A stretch of DNA of 64,000 bases from Acetobacteraceae bacterium (GCA_040400005.1 JBBARC010000007.1:17744-81743), one strand, 5' to 3'; shown: positions 19,224-29,411, numbered from the stretch's first letter. A program made the numbers and translations. Notes: generated by a model from the letters alone, not told the origin.

Positions 19224-20387
19224 TTATTCCGCTTGGCAAGCGCCAGGCAAACCGGCAATCCAGGCGCGTATCAGCGCCACCCCTTCTTCATGCACCAAAT
19301 TGCGCCCCAGTTCTGGCATGCGCACGCCTGGCCGCGTTGCCGCCAGGCGGTAGGCCAAAATACTGTCATCAGGCCGGCCCGGAACAATATCGAAATTATG
19401 ATCGCCGGTGCCTGGCCCGGCCGCCACCGGCGGTTTGCAAAAGCCCAGGCGCAACGGCTCGGTGACGTTCGCATCCAGATGCAGCCCGGTGGTGCGCGCA
19501 AGGCCCATCGCCGAATGGCAATGGCTGCAATTGATATCCAAGTAAGCCCGTGCCCGCGCATCAACGCTGGCGGTGGTATCGTAAAATCGTGCATTGCGGG
19601 GTGCTGCATCGGGTGCCGGTGCGCCACGCAGCCAGCCGATACGGGTTAAATACGCCAGCTGGTTTTCGCGGCCGGTGGTGTAGGCAAAATCATGGTTGAG
19701 ATGCCGCGCCTTTGGCCCGATGGGCGACAACGCGCGGCTGGCGTGATTGGGCGTGTGGCAACTGGCGCATTGGTTAGCGTTAGGCACCGCATAGACAAAC
19801 TTGGTCACCCGGCCGTCGTCGCGGGTGAGCTCCAAATCCGCGCGCGCGCCAACGCGGGCGAGGGTTGCCTCGGTTTGATCGGCATTCCACACATAGGGCA
19901 ACGCCACCCAGCCGCTGGCACGCCGCACTAGCACGCGGGTTTCCACCAATCGAATGGTTGAAAGTTCTAGCCCATCGGCACCGCTTTGCAGCAACGCACC
20001 CAGGGCAGGGCGCACGGCGGCCGACCCAGCCGGCTGGCCTGCCACGCGCGGGTAATAAAACGTTTTGCTGATAATGGTGCCAACCGGGAAATCGAAGGTT
20101 TGCGTTGCATCATAGGTTGCACTGGTGCCGGCCGGCAGCCAGATGGTGCGTAGCTTGCCGGCGTAATCGGAAAATAGTGCGGTTGCCAGATCGTAAGGCA
20201 CGACCCCGGCGCCCAGAGCCAAGTGCTGGCCGTGGGCGGCAACTACCCCCCAATCGCTTAAATTGGCCGGGTTGCTATTGGCAAAATAATGCGGTGCCAG
20301 CGGGGCACGGGTAAACGCCCGCGCCCCCAGTACACCTAGTGTACCCAGGCAAATCGCCGCAATCGTTGCGAGCAGCGACCGCCTCAC
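19224..20387 (-). CDS. Diheme c-type-cytochrome-like protein (HNE_0200/SO_2930-like family)
   Basis: Two CxxCH motifs (CASCH and CSHCH) and a signal peptide. Overlaps the stop of the beta-helix gene. Confidence 0.7.
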   Translation of the reverse strand: MRRSLLATIAAICLGTLGVLGARAFTRAPLAPHYFANSNPANLSDWGVVAAHGQHLALGAGVVPYDLATALFSDYAGKLRTIWLPAGTSATYDATQTFDFPVGTIISKTFYYPRVAGQPAGSAAVRPALGALLQSGADGLELSTIRLVETRVLVRRASGWVALPYVWNADQTEATLARVGARADLELTRDDGRVTKFVYAVPNANQCASCHTPNHASRALSPIGPKARHLNHDFAYTTGRENQLAYLTRIGWLRGAPAPDAAPRNARFYDTTASVDARARAYLDINCSHCHSAMGLARTTGLHLDANVTEPLRLGFCKPPVAAGPGTGDHNFDIVPGRPDDSILAYRLAATRPGVRMPELGRNLVHEEGVALIRAWIAGLPGACQAE

Positions 20388-21679
20388 GATTTGGCAGCAC
20401 CGGAGGTTGCCGGTGTGTCGGCCAATGGGCCGGTCAAGGTGATCGGCGCCATTTTTTCCAGATTGCAGGCAAACGCCGCCGTATCCACTTTTGCACCCTT
20501 AAAGTCGTTCGGGCCATCGGCGTTCAACACGTCAGATGGCGCATTATCGACGCAAATGGCGCTATCGGCGGGTAATTTGCCATCCACAAGTTTTTTCGGA
20601 TTGGCAAAACCATCCCAGATCACATCGGGGAAATGCCCGGTCAGGCCAAACAGCGCCAGCTTCGCCGCCTTTAGTTTTAGCGTATCCGGCGCATCGCCAC
20701 CGCCCTTAAAGTGGTTGCCATAGATATAAATGGCTTCCGGGTAAGGATCGTAGGCCTCGGCCACGCCAGTTTTGGTCATGAAACCGGTGGAAAAATACGA
20801 TGCAATGATCACATTGCCGGTGGCGTTATCGGCAATATCGTTATCAAAAATCTCAACCTTTTTATTGGCATTCACAATTACCCCGGTGCCGGCCGGCACC
20901 GAGCTGACTGCGGTGCCCTTGGCGCCAAAATTGGGCGTATTGTTGGCGTACGCGTGGTTGTGAAACACCCGGGTGGAATGGCCCGGCACCGGGAGGTTGG
21001 GCATGTTAAACACCAAAATGCCGCCGGTGTTTTTGGTCGCTTCGTTATCGTAGATATCAGCGAAGCTTGAATTTTCGATCTCGATGCCGGCAACATTTTC
21101 GATCGCATGGTTGCGCCGCACCACAATGTTTTGCGATTGCCCGACGTAAATGCCGGCGTCAGACGCGCCGCGCACATAACAATCTTCTACCAGCAGGTTT
21201 TTGGTTTGCACCGGGTATAACCCATACGCACCGTTGGATGTGGCCGGCCCATTGGTCCATTCCGCGCGCACCCGGCGGATGATAATGTTTTGGCCCTCGT
21301 TTACCTTCAGCGCATCGCCCTTGCTGTTTTGCAGTGCAATATCTTCAATGGTGAAATTGCTGGCGTGCACCGCAAACCCTTCAGACCCGTTGATCTGATT
21401 GGTAAAATCCAGCACGGTTTTATCCATGCCCTCGCCACGTACCGTCACGCCATCAACGTTTAGGCTGATCGAGCTATCTAAATGGTACACCCCGGCCGGG
21501 ATAGTAATCACGTCACCCGGCTTGGCATCCAGCAGCTTTTGCAAAATCACCGTCTGCCCGCTGGTGTCGGCGGGTGCCGCGGCCTGCTGTTTGGGCTTGT
21601 CGCAGCCGGCCAGCATCGCCGCCAAGCTGACACTTGCCAATAATCCCGTGAGACATCCCGTGGTCACGCGCATCACCAT
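20384..21679 (-). CDS. Parallel beta-helix repeat lipoprotein
   Basis: Lipobox LAGC. Repeated G..I..S.N..I..N turns typical of a right-handed beta-helix. Start chosen at the ATG at 21679 after a GGAGG sequence. Confidence 0.8.
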   Translation of the reverse strand: MVMRVTTGCLTGLLASVSLAAMLAGCDKPKQQAAAPADTSGQTVILQKLLDAKPGDVITIPAGVYHLDSSISLNVDGVTVRGEGMDKTVLDFTNQINGSEGFAVHASNFTIEDIALQNSKGDALKVNEGQNIIIRRVRAEWTNGPATSNGAYGLYPVQTKNLLVEDCYVRGASDAGIYVGQSQNIVVRRNHAIENVAGIEIENSSFADIYDNEATKNTGGILVFNMPNLPVPGHSTRVFHNHAYANNTPNFGAKGTAVSSVPAGTGVIVNANKKVEIFDNDIADNATGNVIIASYFSTGFMTKTGVAEAYDPYPEAIYIYGNHFKGGGDAPDTLKLKAAKLALFGLTGHFPDVIWDGFANPKKLVDGKLPADSAICVDNAPSDVLNADGPNDFKGAKVDTAAFACNLEKMAPITLTGPLADTPATSGAAKS

Positions 21680-21807
21680 ACCCCTCCCCTTTTGGCACCA
21701 CGAACGAGCACCTTGCAAAAATGCTAGCTGCTACGGTGCCGGGCTGCAAGTCAGAATGGAATCAGTTTCAGGTTTCGGTTTGGGCTAGCTCCGTCTATGA
21801 TCATGCT

Positions 21808-22527
21808 ATGCTCGACGACCATCCAACACTAACGTACAACGCCCCCGGAAATATGGCTCCCACCCCGACCCCCGCCCCCGCCCCCGCCTCTGGTCCCACC
21901 TTGGGCCACACGCTCGCCAGCCGCGCCATGCCGCGCCAGCGCCGCGCTATCGAACGGCGCCAGGCGATTCTCGATGCCACCCTCGCCATCCTGGCAACCG
22001 ATGGGCTGGCAGCGATCTCAACCTCGGTCATCGCTGCCCGCGCCGGCGTGCCGGTGGCCTCGGTTTATGCCTATTTTCCCAATAAATTCGCCATTGTCGC
22101 CGAACTCGCCCGGCAGACTTTTGCCCAAGGCGACGCAGCGCTGGACCATATTCTCGGCCAGGCCGGCACCGGCGTAAAACTTTCCGCCATTATCGACCAG
22201 GCCATAGCCGCCGTGCTCAACGGCTACCGAGAAGTGCCCGGCCGCCGCCATTTGTTCAGCGCCATCCGCAACAACGAACTGCTCGACGCCGTGCAGGTCG
22301 AATCGGAAACCCGCATGATCGCCGTCACCACCAGCATCATCACCCGCCTGCGCCCCGATGCCCCCGCCCGCCACATCGCCGCCATCGCCGCCACCGCCGT
22401 GCGCGCCTTCACCGTGCTGCAGCACCACGCCGTCAGCTGCGACGACGATGCGCAGTTACCCCTGCTGGTTGCCGAATGGCGCCAACTGCTGCTGGCCTAT
22501 TTGCAGCCCTATTTGCCGGGGCTGTAG
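21808..22527 (+). CDS. TetR-family transcriptional regulator
   Basis: HTH string ILDATLAILATDGLAAISTSVIAARAGVPVASVYAYFPNK. Divergent from the beta-helix operon. Confidence 0.85.
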   Translation: MLDDHPTLTYNAPGNMAPTPTPAPAPASGPTLGHTLASRAMPRQRRAIERRQAILDATLAILATDGLAAISTSVIAARAGVPVASVYAYFPNKFAIVAELARQTFAQGDAALDHILGQAGTGVKLSAIIDQAIAAVLNGYREVPGRRHLFSAIRNNELLDAVQVESETRMIAVTTSIITRLRPDAPARHIAAIAATAVRAFTVLQHHAVSCDDDAQLPLLVAEWRQLLLAYLQPYLPGL

Positions 22528-22542
22528 GGGCCAGGGTAAGGC

Positions 22543-22662
22543 TAAGACTCTTTTTTTTCTGAAGAAAAAGGAGCAAAAAGACTTTTATTACGCTGGGACT
22601 GGGGCTGCGATGCCACCGCGAATCCCGGCCCGACATATAAAAAGTCTTTTGCTTCTTTTCTT
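22543..22662. repeat. AT-rich palindromic repeat family, copy E3 (left arm, core in inverted orientation, proximal part of right arm), interrupted by a MITE
   Basis: TAAGACTCTTTTTTTTCTGAAGAAAAAGGAGCAAAAAGACTTTTATTA ... core ... TATAAAAAGTCTTTTGCTTCTTTTCTT. Confidence 0.9.
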
Positions 22663-22852
22663 GTAACTGCCCAGGTAGGGGTGAGAACGCTAACTGCCTC
22701 AAAAAACTCAACTCTCGGCGCGCAGGCCATTACGTTACCGACGCAAACTGTCCCTTTTTCGGCAGTTTGCGTATCGAAACCAGACCTAAACCCGAAGTCG
22801 CCATAAATGTTTTCAATGGGTTGTGTAGCTTCGACCCTACCTGGGCAGTTAC
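22663..22852. mobile_element. 190-bp MITE with perfect 18-bp terminal inverted repeats and an 8-bp target-site duplication
   Basis: Left end GTAACTGCCCAGGTAGGG (22663-22680). Right end CCCTACCTGGGCAGTTAC (22835-22852). Flanked by CTTTTCTT at 22655-22662 and 22853-22860. Removing the insert plus one TSD restores the intact repeat arm seen at 28351-28387. Confidence 0.85.
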
Positions 22853-22882
22853 CTTTTCTTCAGAAAAGAAGGGTCTTGCCGT
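22853..22882. repeat. Distal remainder of the right arm of repeat copy E3
   Basis: CTTTTCTTCAGAAAAGAAGGGTCTTGCC matches the ends of other arms. Confidence 0.85.
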
Positions 22883-22946
22883 TACCTTGCCTAGCCCGGC
22901 GTTTTGCCCATACCATCACGGTGTTTTCCTGGGAGTAAACACGGCC

Positions 22947-24374
22947 ATGCAGGTTGAGATGCTGATTGGCGATCGTTTCGTCGCGGGTGAGGGGGAGGTT
23001 GAGCGGATTGTCGACCCCCGCACGGGGGCTGCGGTGATTGATTTACCGCAAGCATCGGCGGCGCAGTTGGATCAGGCGGTGGTGGCGGCGCGGGCGGCGT
23101 TTGAAACTTTTGGCCGTGCCCCGCCGGTGGAGCGGGCCGGTTATCTGCTGAAGCTGGCCGATGCGGTGGAGGCAAATGCGGAGAGTTTAGCGGCGCTGGA
23201 GCACGCCAATACGGGTAAGCCACTGCATGCGGTGTTGCGTGATGAAATTCCCGCCATTGCTGATGTGTTCCGCTTTTTTGCCGGTGCTACGCGCACTATG
23301 CCGGGCTTGGCGGCCGGAGAATACATGGCCGGCTACACCAGCATGTTGCGGCGCGACCCGGTGGGAGTAGTGGGATCGATCGCGCCATGGAATTACCCGT
23401 TGATGATGGCGGCGTGGAAGATTGGCCCGGCGTTGGCGGGTGGCAATACGGTGGTGATTAAGCCATCGGAAAATACGCCGCTGAGTTTGCTAGCTTTGGG
23501 GCCATTGCTTGCTGAAATTTTGCCGCCTGGGGTTGTGAACATTGTGCTTGGTCGCGGTGCGGTGGTGGGGCAGGGCATGATTGATCATGCTGGAATAGAT
23601 ATGATATCGCTGACTGGCGATATTGGTACTGGACGAAAAGTGATTGCCGCTGCGGCAAAATCGATTAAGCGCACGCATTTGGAACTGGGTGGCAAGGCGC
23701 CGGTGATTGTGTTTGACGATGCTGATATAGACAGCGTTGTTGAAGGGTTGCGGGCGTTCAGTTTTTATAATGCTGGGCAGGATTGCACGGCGGCTTGCCG
23801 GGTTTATGCTGGCGCCAAGATTTATGACCGGCTGGTGGCTGATCTTGCCGGTGCTGCCAGTTCCATTGTGTTTGACCGCGCGGAAGATAGTGAAAACGAA
23901 ATTCCGCCGTTGATTTCAGCGCGGCAACGCGATCGGGTTAGCGGTTTTGTTGATCGTGCGGCGGCAGAAAAACACATTGAGGTTGTTGCTGGCGGGAAGG
24001 CGGGTGTTGGTGGTGGGTTTTTCTATGAGCCGACTGTGATTGCGGGTGCCCGCCAGGCCGATGAGATTGTGCAGCGGGAAGTGTTTGGCCCGGTTGTATC
24101 GGTTACCCGGTTTGATGATGTCGATCAGGCGATAGGCTGGGCGAACCAATCGGAATATGGGCTTGCATCATCTGTATGGTCGGGCAGTGTTGGGCGCGCG
24201 ATGGAGGCGGCATCGCGTTTGCGTTACGGCTGCACCTGGGTGAACTGCCATTTTATGCTGGTGAGTGAAATGCCGCATGGTGGGCTGAAAAGCTCTGGCT
24301 ACGGTAAGGATCTTTCTATGTTGTCGGTGGAGGATTATACGGTGGCCCGCCACGTTATGGTTAAACTCGGGTGA
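22947..24374 (+). CDS. patD: NAD-dependent aldehyde dehydrogenase, gamma-aminobutyraldehyde dehydrogenase-like
   Basis: About 475 aa from the ATG at 22947. ALDH motifs ELGGKAP and GQDCTAACR. Adjacent to a YdcSTUV-like transporter, as in E. coli ydcSTUV-patD. Confidence 0.8.
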   Translation: MQVEMLIGDRFVAGEGEVERIVDPRTGAAVIDLPQASAAQLDQAVVAARAAFETFGRAPPVERAGYLLKLADAVEANAESLAALEHANTGKPLHAVLRDEIPAIADVFRFFAGATRTMPGLAAGEYMAGYTSMLRRDPVGVVGSIAPWNYPLMMAAWKIGPALAGGNTVVIKPSENTPLSLLALGPLLAEILPPGVVNIVLGRGAVVGQGMIDHAGIDMISLTGDIGTGRKVIAAAAKSIKRTHLELGGKAPVIVFDDADIDSVVEGLRAFSFYNAGQDCTAACRVYAGAKIYDRLVADLAGAASSIVFDRAEDSENEIPPLISARQRDRVSGFVDRAAAEKHIEVVAGGKAGVGGGFFYEPTVIAGARQADEIVQREVFGPVVSVTRFDDVDQAIGWANQSEYGLASSVWSGSVGRAMEAASRLRYGCTWVNCHFMLVSEMPHGGLKSSGYGKDLSMLSVEDYTVARHVMVKLG

Positions 24375-25402
24375 GCAAAGCGGCCCAGGATCTGCCGCCA
24401 GCGGTTATTCGGCTTGCTGGCATTCGAAAAACCTATGGCGCGGCGGTGGCGGTGGCATCGCTTGATCTTACCATTGCGCGCGGAACGTTTTTTACCTTGC
24501 TGGGTCCGTCTGGGTCGGGGAAAACCACAACTTTGCGGATGATCGCCGGCTTTGAATATCCTGATACTGGGGTGATTGAACTTAACGGCCAGGATGTATC
24601 CAGCCTGCCGCCCAACGCGCGCAATGTGAACACGGTGTTTCAGGATTACGCGCTGTTTCCGCACATGAGCGTGCTGGATAACGTCGCCTATGGGTTGATT
24701 GCCCGTAAAATTGACAAAGCCAGCGCCCTTAAGCGTGCCCAGGCAACGCTGGATCAGGTGCGTTTGGGCGACTTTGCCGCGCGCAAGCCGGGGCAATTAT
24801 CCGGCGGCCAGCGCCAGCGTGTGGCGTTGGCGCGGGCCATTGTTAATCGGCCGCAAGTGTTGTTGCTTGATGAACCGCTTGGCGCGCTTGATCTAAAGCT
24901 GCGCCACCAGATGCAGATTGAGCTTAAGCAACTGCAAAGCGAGACCGGCATTACTTTTGTGTATGTCACCCACGATCAGGAAGAAGCCCTGACCATGAGT
25001 GACCGTGTGGCGGTGTTCAATGAAGGCCGCATTGTGCAACAGGGATCGCCGGCTGACATTTACGAACGCCCGGCGAACGCGTTTGTTGCGGGCTTTGTTG
25101 GCACGTCCACCTTGTTAGATTGGCACGGCGAAACTTTGATGCTGCGCCCGGAAAAGCTGCGCGTGGCAGGGCCAGGCACAGCCGCCTACCCCGGCGAAGT
25201 GGCGGTGCCGGGTATGGTAAAGACGGCTGCCTATTTTGGTTCGTTTACTCGCCTGACGATATGTTTGGAAAACGGGGCGACACTGATTGCCGCTTGGCCG
25301 CATGGCCACGCGGTGGATGCGGCCAACGCGCCGCAGGTTAATACGCCAGTGACGATCATTTGGCGCGACGATGACGCCTACCGGCTTGCCAAAACGGCAT
25401 GA
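24371..25402 (+). CDS. ABC transporter ATP-binding protein (PotA/YdcT-like)
   Basis: Walker [10 protein letters not shown], signature [14 protein letters not shown], Walker B LLLDEP. Confidence 0.9.
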   Translation: MSKAAQDLPPAVIRLAGIRKTYGAAVAVASLDLTIARGTFFTLLGPSGSGKTTTLRMIAGFEYPDTGVIELNGQDVSSLPPNARNVNTVFQDYALFPHMSVLDNVAYGLIARKIDKASALKRAQATLDQVRLGDFAARKPGQLSGGQRQRVALARAIVNRPQVLLLDEPLGALDLKLRHQMQIELKQLQSETGITFVYVTHDQEEALTMSDRVAVFNEGRIVQQGSPADIYERPANAFVAGFVGTSTLLDWHGETLMLRPEKLRVAGPGTAAYPGEVAVPGMVKTAAYFGSFTRLTICLENGATLIAAWPHGHAVDAANAPQVNTPVTIIWRDDDAYRLAKTA

Positions 25403-25428
25403 CCGCAATTTTTTGGGGAGAGTGCACA

Positions 25429-26547
25429 ATGCGTGGATTTGCATATATGTTACTGGCTAGCTGCATCGCCGTACCGGCCCTTGCTGGCACCATGAAAACC
25501 ATCGGCAAGGGCGAAGGTGCGGTCAACATCGTCGCCTGGGAAGGCTACGCGCAAGATGACTGGGTAAAACCGTTTGAAGTGCAAACCGGCTGCAAGGTTA
25601 ACCACAAATACGCTGGCAGTTCCGATGAAATGGTAGCCCTGATGCGCCAGGGCGGTGGCAGCCAATACGATCTGGTATCTGCATCGGGTGATGCAACGTT
25701 ACGGCTGATTGCTGGCAAAAATGTGCAAGCGATTAATATGTCGCTTATCCCTGCCTACAAAGATTTTATCCCCCAGCTGCAATCGCCTGATTTTAACACG
25801 GTCAAGGGCGTGCATTATGGCGTTTCCTATGAATGGGGGCCCAATGTGCTGATGTGGAACACCGCCAAACTTAAAACCGCGCCCACCAGCTGGGCGGTGA
25901 TCTACGATAAAGCACATGCCGGCCAGATCACTATCCCGGACAACGCCATTCAAATCGCCGATGCTGCCCTTTACCTATCCAAAAACGAACCTGCTCTGGG
26001 TATTAAAGACCCTTATGAGCTGACCCAGCCGCAAATGGATCGGGTTGAGGCGCTGCTTAAAGACCAAAAATCGCTGCTGAAAAAATACTGGGCACTGGCA
26101 TCTGACGAAATCGATTTGTTTAAAAACGGCGATGCTATGGTGGGTGCCGCTTGGCCCTACATGACCAATTCGCTGAAAGATGCCAAAGTGCCGGTGGCCG
26201 ACACGATTCCCAGCGAAGGTGCCACGGGTTGGGCCGATACCTGGATGGTATCCGCCAAGGCAGCCCACCCCAATTGCGCCTATCAGTGGATAAATTTTGT
26301 CACCACACCAAAAGTGCAAGCCCAGCAGGCGCTGTATTTTGGCGAATCGCCCGCCAACACCAAGGGCTGCGCCGAGATGGATAAGATCACCCCCGGCAGT
26401 TGTGCCAAATACCATGCCGATGCCCCGGCAAGCTATTTCGAACAGATCCATTTCTGGAAAACGCCGATGAAAGCTTGCGGCAACGGCCATAATGATTGTC
26501 TCGATTACAGCGCCTGGCAGCAGGTGTGGCAGCGCGTGAAAGGCTGA
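25429..26547 (+). CDS. ABC transporter periplasmic substrate-binding protein (PotD/PotF/YdcS-like)
   Basis: Signal peptide and a family-1 solute-binding protein of about 370 aa within the pot-like operon. Confidence 0.8.
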   Translation: MRGFAYMLLASCIAVPALAGTMKTIGKGEGAVNIVAWEGYAQDDWVKPFEVQTGCKVNHKYAGSSDEMVALMRQGGGSQYDLVSASGDATLRLIAGKNVQAINMSLIPAYKDFIPQLQSPDFNTVKGVHYGVSYEWGPNVLMWNTAKLKTAPTSWAVIYDKAHAGQITIPDNAIQIADAALYLSKNEPALGIKDPYELTQPQMDRVEALLKDQKSLLKKYWALASDEIDLFKNGDAMVGAAWPYMTNSLKDAKVPVADTIPSEGATGWADTWMVSAKAAHPNCAYQWINFVTTPKVQAQQALYFGESPANTKGCAEMDKITPGSCAKYHADAPASYFEQIHFWKTPMKACGNGHNDCLDYSAWQQVWQRVKG

Positions 26548-26555
26548 TCGCGCAG

Positions 26556-27428
26556 ATGGCATCAGCGGCAGAAAGGGTATTGTGGCGCCGGCCGCGCTTG
26601 GCCATTGCGGCGTTGGCAGCTCTTCCTGCCGCCTGGTTTCTGGGGTTTTATCTGGCGGCCTTGGCGGCACTGTTTGTGTCGTCATTCTGGTCGGTCGATC
26701 AGCTTTCGGGCGAGTTACTGCCCGGCTGGTCGCTGGATAATTTTCGCACGCTGCTCACCGAACCAACCTACCGCATCGTTGCCCAGCGCACCTTGTTTCT
26801 TTCGGCGGCGGTTACCATCACCGATGCGCTGCTCGCTTGGCCTTTTGCCTACTACATGGCACGTGCTGCCAGCCCACGCGGCCGTGCGGCGCTAATGGCG
26901 GCGGTTATGCTGCCATTGTGGTCTAGCTATCTTGCCCGCGTTTACGCCTGGCGCCTGATATTGTCGCATGACGGCGCGCTCAACTGGGCGCTGCATCTGG
27001 TGGGGCTGCCATCACAGAGTTTTGCTTATACTAACTGGGCGATGTGGGTGGTGTTTTCCTATCTGTGGCTGCCCTTTATGATCTTGCCGGTCTATGCGGC
27101 CATGGAACGTATCCCGCAATCTTTGCTGGAAGCATCAGATGACCTCGGCGCCGGCAGCTTTATGACGATACGCCGTATTGTTGTGCCAATGGTGCTGCCC
27201 GGTCTTGTTGCTGGTTCCATCTTCACTTTTTCGCTTACGTTGGGCGATTTCATCACCCCCATGCTGGTGGGCGGCCCTAGCTCAGATTTTATTGGGAACG
27301 TTGTTTATACCAGTGTCGGGGTTGCCAATAACGTGCCGTTTGCTGCCGCCTACGCGGTGTTGCCGCTACTAGTTATGGCGTTCTACTTGATGATCGCACG
27401 CCGCACCGGCGCGTTTGAGGCACTATGA
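26556..27428 (+). CDS. ABC transporter permease (PotB/YdcU-like)
   Basis: Multi-TM protein with the EAA-type loop LLEASDDLGAG...RRIVVPM. Confidence 0.85.
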   Translation: MASAAERVLWRRPRLAIAALAALPAAWFLGFYLAALAALFVSSFWSVDQLSGELLPGWSLDNFRTLLTEPTYRIVAQRTLFLSAAVTITDALLAWPFAYYMARAASPRGRAALMAAVMLPLWSSYLARVYAWRLILSHDGALNWALHLVGLPSQSFAYTNWAMWVVFSYLWLPFMILPVYAAMERIPQSLLEASDDLGAGSFMTIRRIVVPMVLPGLVAGSIFTFSLTLGDFITPMLVGGPSSDFIGNVVYTSVGVANNVPFAAAYAVLPLLVMAFYLMIARRTGAFEAL

Positions 27429-28246
27429 GCCGCGCCATCACAACCGCCCGGCCGGGTAAAGCGATGGCGACCGCTGCCCTTACCATTGCGGCTGGTGCTG
27501 TGTTGCTGTTCCTGGTTATACCCATCGCCATCATCCTGGCGTACGCGTTCTCCGCCTCTCCCGTGCAAAGCTGGCCAATTCCCGCCTTCACGCTGCACTG
27601 GTTCACCGATACTTTCGCCGATGAAGAGATCCGTGCAGCATTCGTTCTATCAGTACAGGTCGCTGCCCTTTCCACTGTGATCTCGCTCGTGCTTGGCACA
27701 CTGGCCGCTTTCGCTGTCAGCCGGATGCAATCCGCCGCCCGTGAGGCGGTTTCCTTCGTGCTTATTCTGCCCATTGCGTTGCCAGGTATCCTCACCGGTA
27801 TGGCGCTAAACGCTTATTTTGTGGCGATCAACATGCCACTAAATTTCACCACAATTGTCATTGGCCACGCCACTTTCTGCATCGTTATTGTTTACAACAA
27901 TGTCCTTGCCCGGTTGCGCCGCCTGCCCCGCAGCCTTGCCGAAGCCTCCGCCGATCTAGGGGCCAGCCCGGCCATGACTTTTCGCCGCGTATTGCTGCCC
28001 ATGCTTGCCAGTGCCATCGGCGCCGGCGGGCTGCTGGCCTTCGCACTCTCGTTTGATGAAGTCATTGTCACCACCTTTACCGCCGGCGTGCAAACCACAC
28101 TACCCCTATGGATCCTCGGCGCCATTCGCCTCGGGCAACGGCTGCCAGAAGTGAATGTGGTGGTTTTCTGCGTTATTGTTATGACGCTTATTCCCGTATT
28201 TCTGGCGCAGCGGCTTATGGGAGATTCGGGGAGTTTGCATAAATAG
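27425..28246 (+). CDS. ABC transporter permease (PotC/YdcV-like)
   Basis: Multi-TM protein with the EAA loop LAEASADLGASPAMTFRRVLLPM. ATGA overlap with the upstream permease. Confidence 0.85.
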   Translation: MSRAITTARPGKAMATAALTIAAGAVLLFLVIPIAIILAYAFSASPVQSWPIPAFTLHWFTDTFADEEIRAAFVLSVQVAALSTVISLVLGTLAAFAVSRMQSAAREAVSFVLILPIALPGILTGMALNAYFVAINMPLNFTTIVIGHATFCIVIVYNNVLARLRRLPRSLAEASADLGASPAMTFRRVLLPMLASAIGAGGLLAFALSFDEVIVTTFTAGVQTTLPLWILGAIRLGQRLPEVNVVVFCVIVMTLIPVFLAQRLMGDSGSLHK

Positions 28247-28250
28247 AAGC

Positions 28251-28387
28251 AGGAACTTTCTTTTTCTGAAGAAAAAGAAACAAAAAAACTTTTACTAATT
28301 GGGTTCGGAATTCGCGGTGGCAGGGAAGCCCCAGGCCCAGCATAATAAAAGTCTTTTGCTTCTTTTCTTCAGAAAAGAAGGTTCTTC
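28251..28387. repeat. AT-rich palindromic repeat family, complete copy (E4)
   Basis: AGGAACTTTCTTTTTCTGAAGAAAAAGAAACAAAAAAACTTTTACTAA ... GGTTCGGAATTCGCGGTGGCAGGGAAGCCCCAGGCCC ... ATAAAAGTCTTTTGCTTCTTTTCTTCAGAAAAGAAGGTTCTTC. Confidence 0.95.
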
Positions 28388-28400
28388 ACCTTACCTTTTT

Positions 28401-29360
28401 CTAAAACTTCAAAGCACTACCAAGCCAAGTGCTGTGGGTGGCAAGCGCCGGGACAACCTGTGTTTGCAGCGCCAGGCGTGCGATAGCGGCAAGCCTATCG
28501 GGTGCGCGGCCGAGTTCTCTGGCGCGAGCGATGAGGGTTAGCGTGCGGGTGAGGGTTGGTGTGGTTAGGCGGTGGATATCCACGGCGGCGAGGGGCACGC
28601 CGGATTCGTATAGGCACAGGGGTGTGGTGATGGCAAAGCCTAAGCCGCGCGCGACAGAGTCTGTCAGGCCCAGCGGTGTTTCGAATTCAAGTGTGCGGGC
28701 GGGTTCTAGGCGCAGGCGGCGCAGGTGGCGTTCTATTTCTATGCCAGTGCGGCTGCGGCTGGCATAGCGCAGCATGGGCAGGCGGGCGGAAATTTCGGCC
28801 AGTGTAACTGGGCCGGTGTGTTTTGGGCAGATGAATACGTAGGGTTCGCGGCAAATCGGCAGGCGCACCACGGCGGCGAGATCGGCTTGTTCATCGGCGC
28901 CTAAAAACACATCTAGGCGGCGGGTGAGCAGGGCGCTGGCATGGTCATCGGTTAGGCCGGCGCGGAAGGTGGCGTGGTCAGCGAGCTGGCCAATTTCGGC
29001 TGCCAGCGCGCCGGTGACCGCGCGCGAGAGGCTATCCACCAGGCCAATGCGCAGGGTTGCCACCCGGCCATCGCGGGTTTGGCGCATGAGTGGTGCGATT
29101 TGGCGGGCATCATCCAGCAGGGCACGGGCGCGTTCGAACAGCACCAGCCCGGCGGCTGTGGGGCCTAGCGGGCGGGTGCGGCGGTCTAGCAGGGTAAGCC
29201 CGCTTTTACTTTCCATATCGGCGATTGTTTGCGAAACAGCAGGCTGGGTAAGGCCCAGGGCGCGGGCGGCGGCCGACATGGTTCCGCTATCGCAGACGGC
29301 CAGAAACACTTCAAGGCCACGCAGATCAAACGGTAAGGGCAGGGGGGTGGGTGTTTCCAT
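28401..29360 (-). CDS. LysR-family transcriptional regulator, divergent from the sox operon
   Basis: N-terminal HTH LEVFLAVCDSGTMSAAARALGLTQPAVSQTIADME. Confidence 0.9.
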   Translation of the reverse strand: METPTPLPLPFDLRGLEVFLAVCDSGTMSAAARALGLTQPAVSQTIADMESKSGLTLLDRRTRPLGPTAAGLVLFERARALLDDARQIAPLMRQTRDGRVATLRIGLVDSLSRAVTGALAAEIGQLADHATFRAGLTDDHASALLTRRLDVFLGADEQADLAAVVRLPICREPYVFICPKHTGPVTLAEISARLPMLRYASRSRTGIEIERHLRRLRLEPARTLEFETPLGLTDSVARGLGFAITTPLCLYESGVPLAAVDIHRLTTPTLTRTLTLIARARELGRAPDRLAAIARLALQTQVVPALATHSTWLGSALKF

Positions 29361-29411
29361 AACAAAATCTTATAGTGCAACTGCCGGTCATAGCGAGCTA
29401 GTAATAGGCTT

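Noticed and set aside
22767-22946. N-terminal extension of the aldehyde dehydrogenase ORF (the track ORF starts at 22767).
   Set aside because: The extension is translated MITE and AT-rich repeat DNA. The ALDH similarity starts at [11 protein letters not shown] (ATG at 22947).
29361-29411. A possible LysR T-N11-A box in the lysR-soxB intergenic region (ATAG...ATAG).
   Set aside because: Only direct, not inverted, short repeats are visible. That is not enough to call a binding site.
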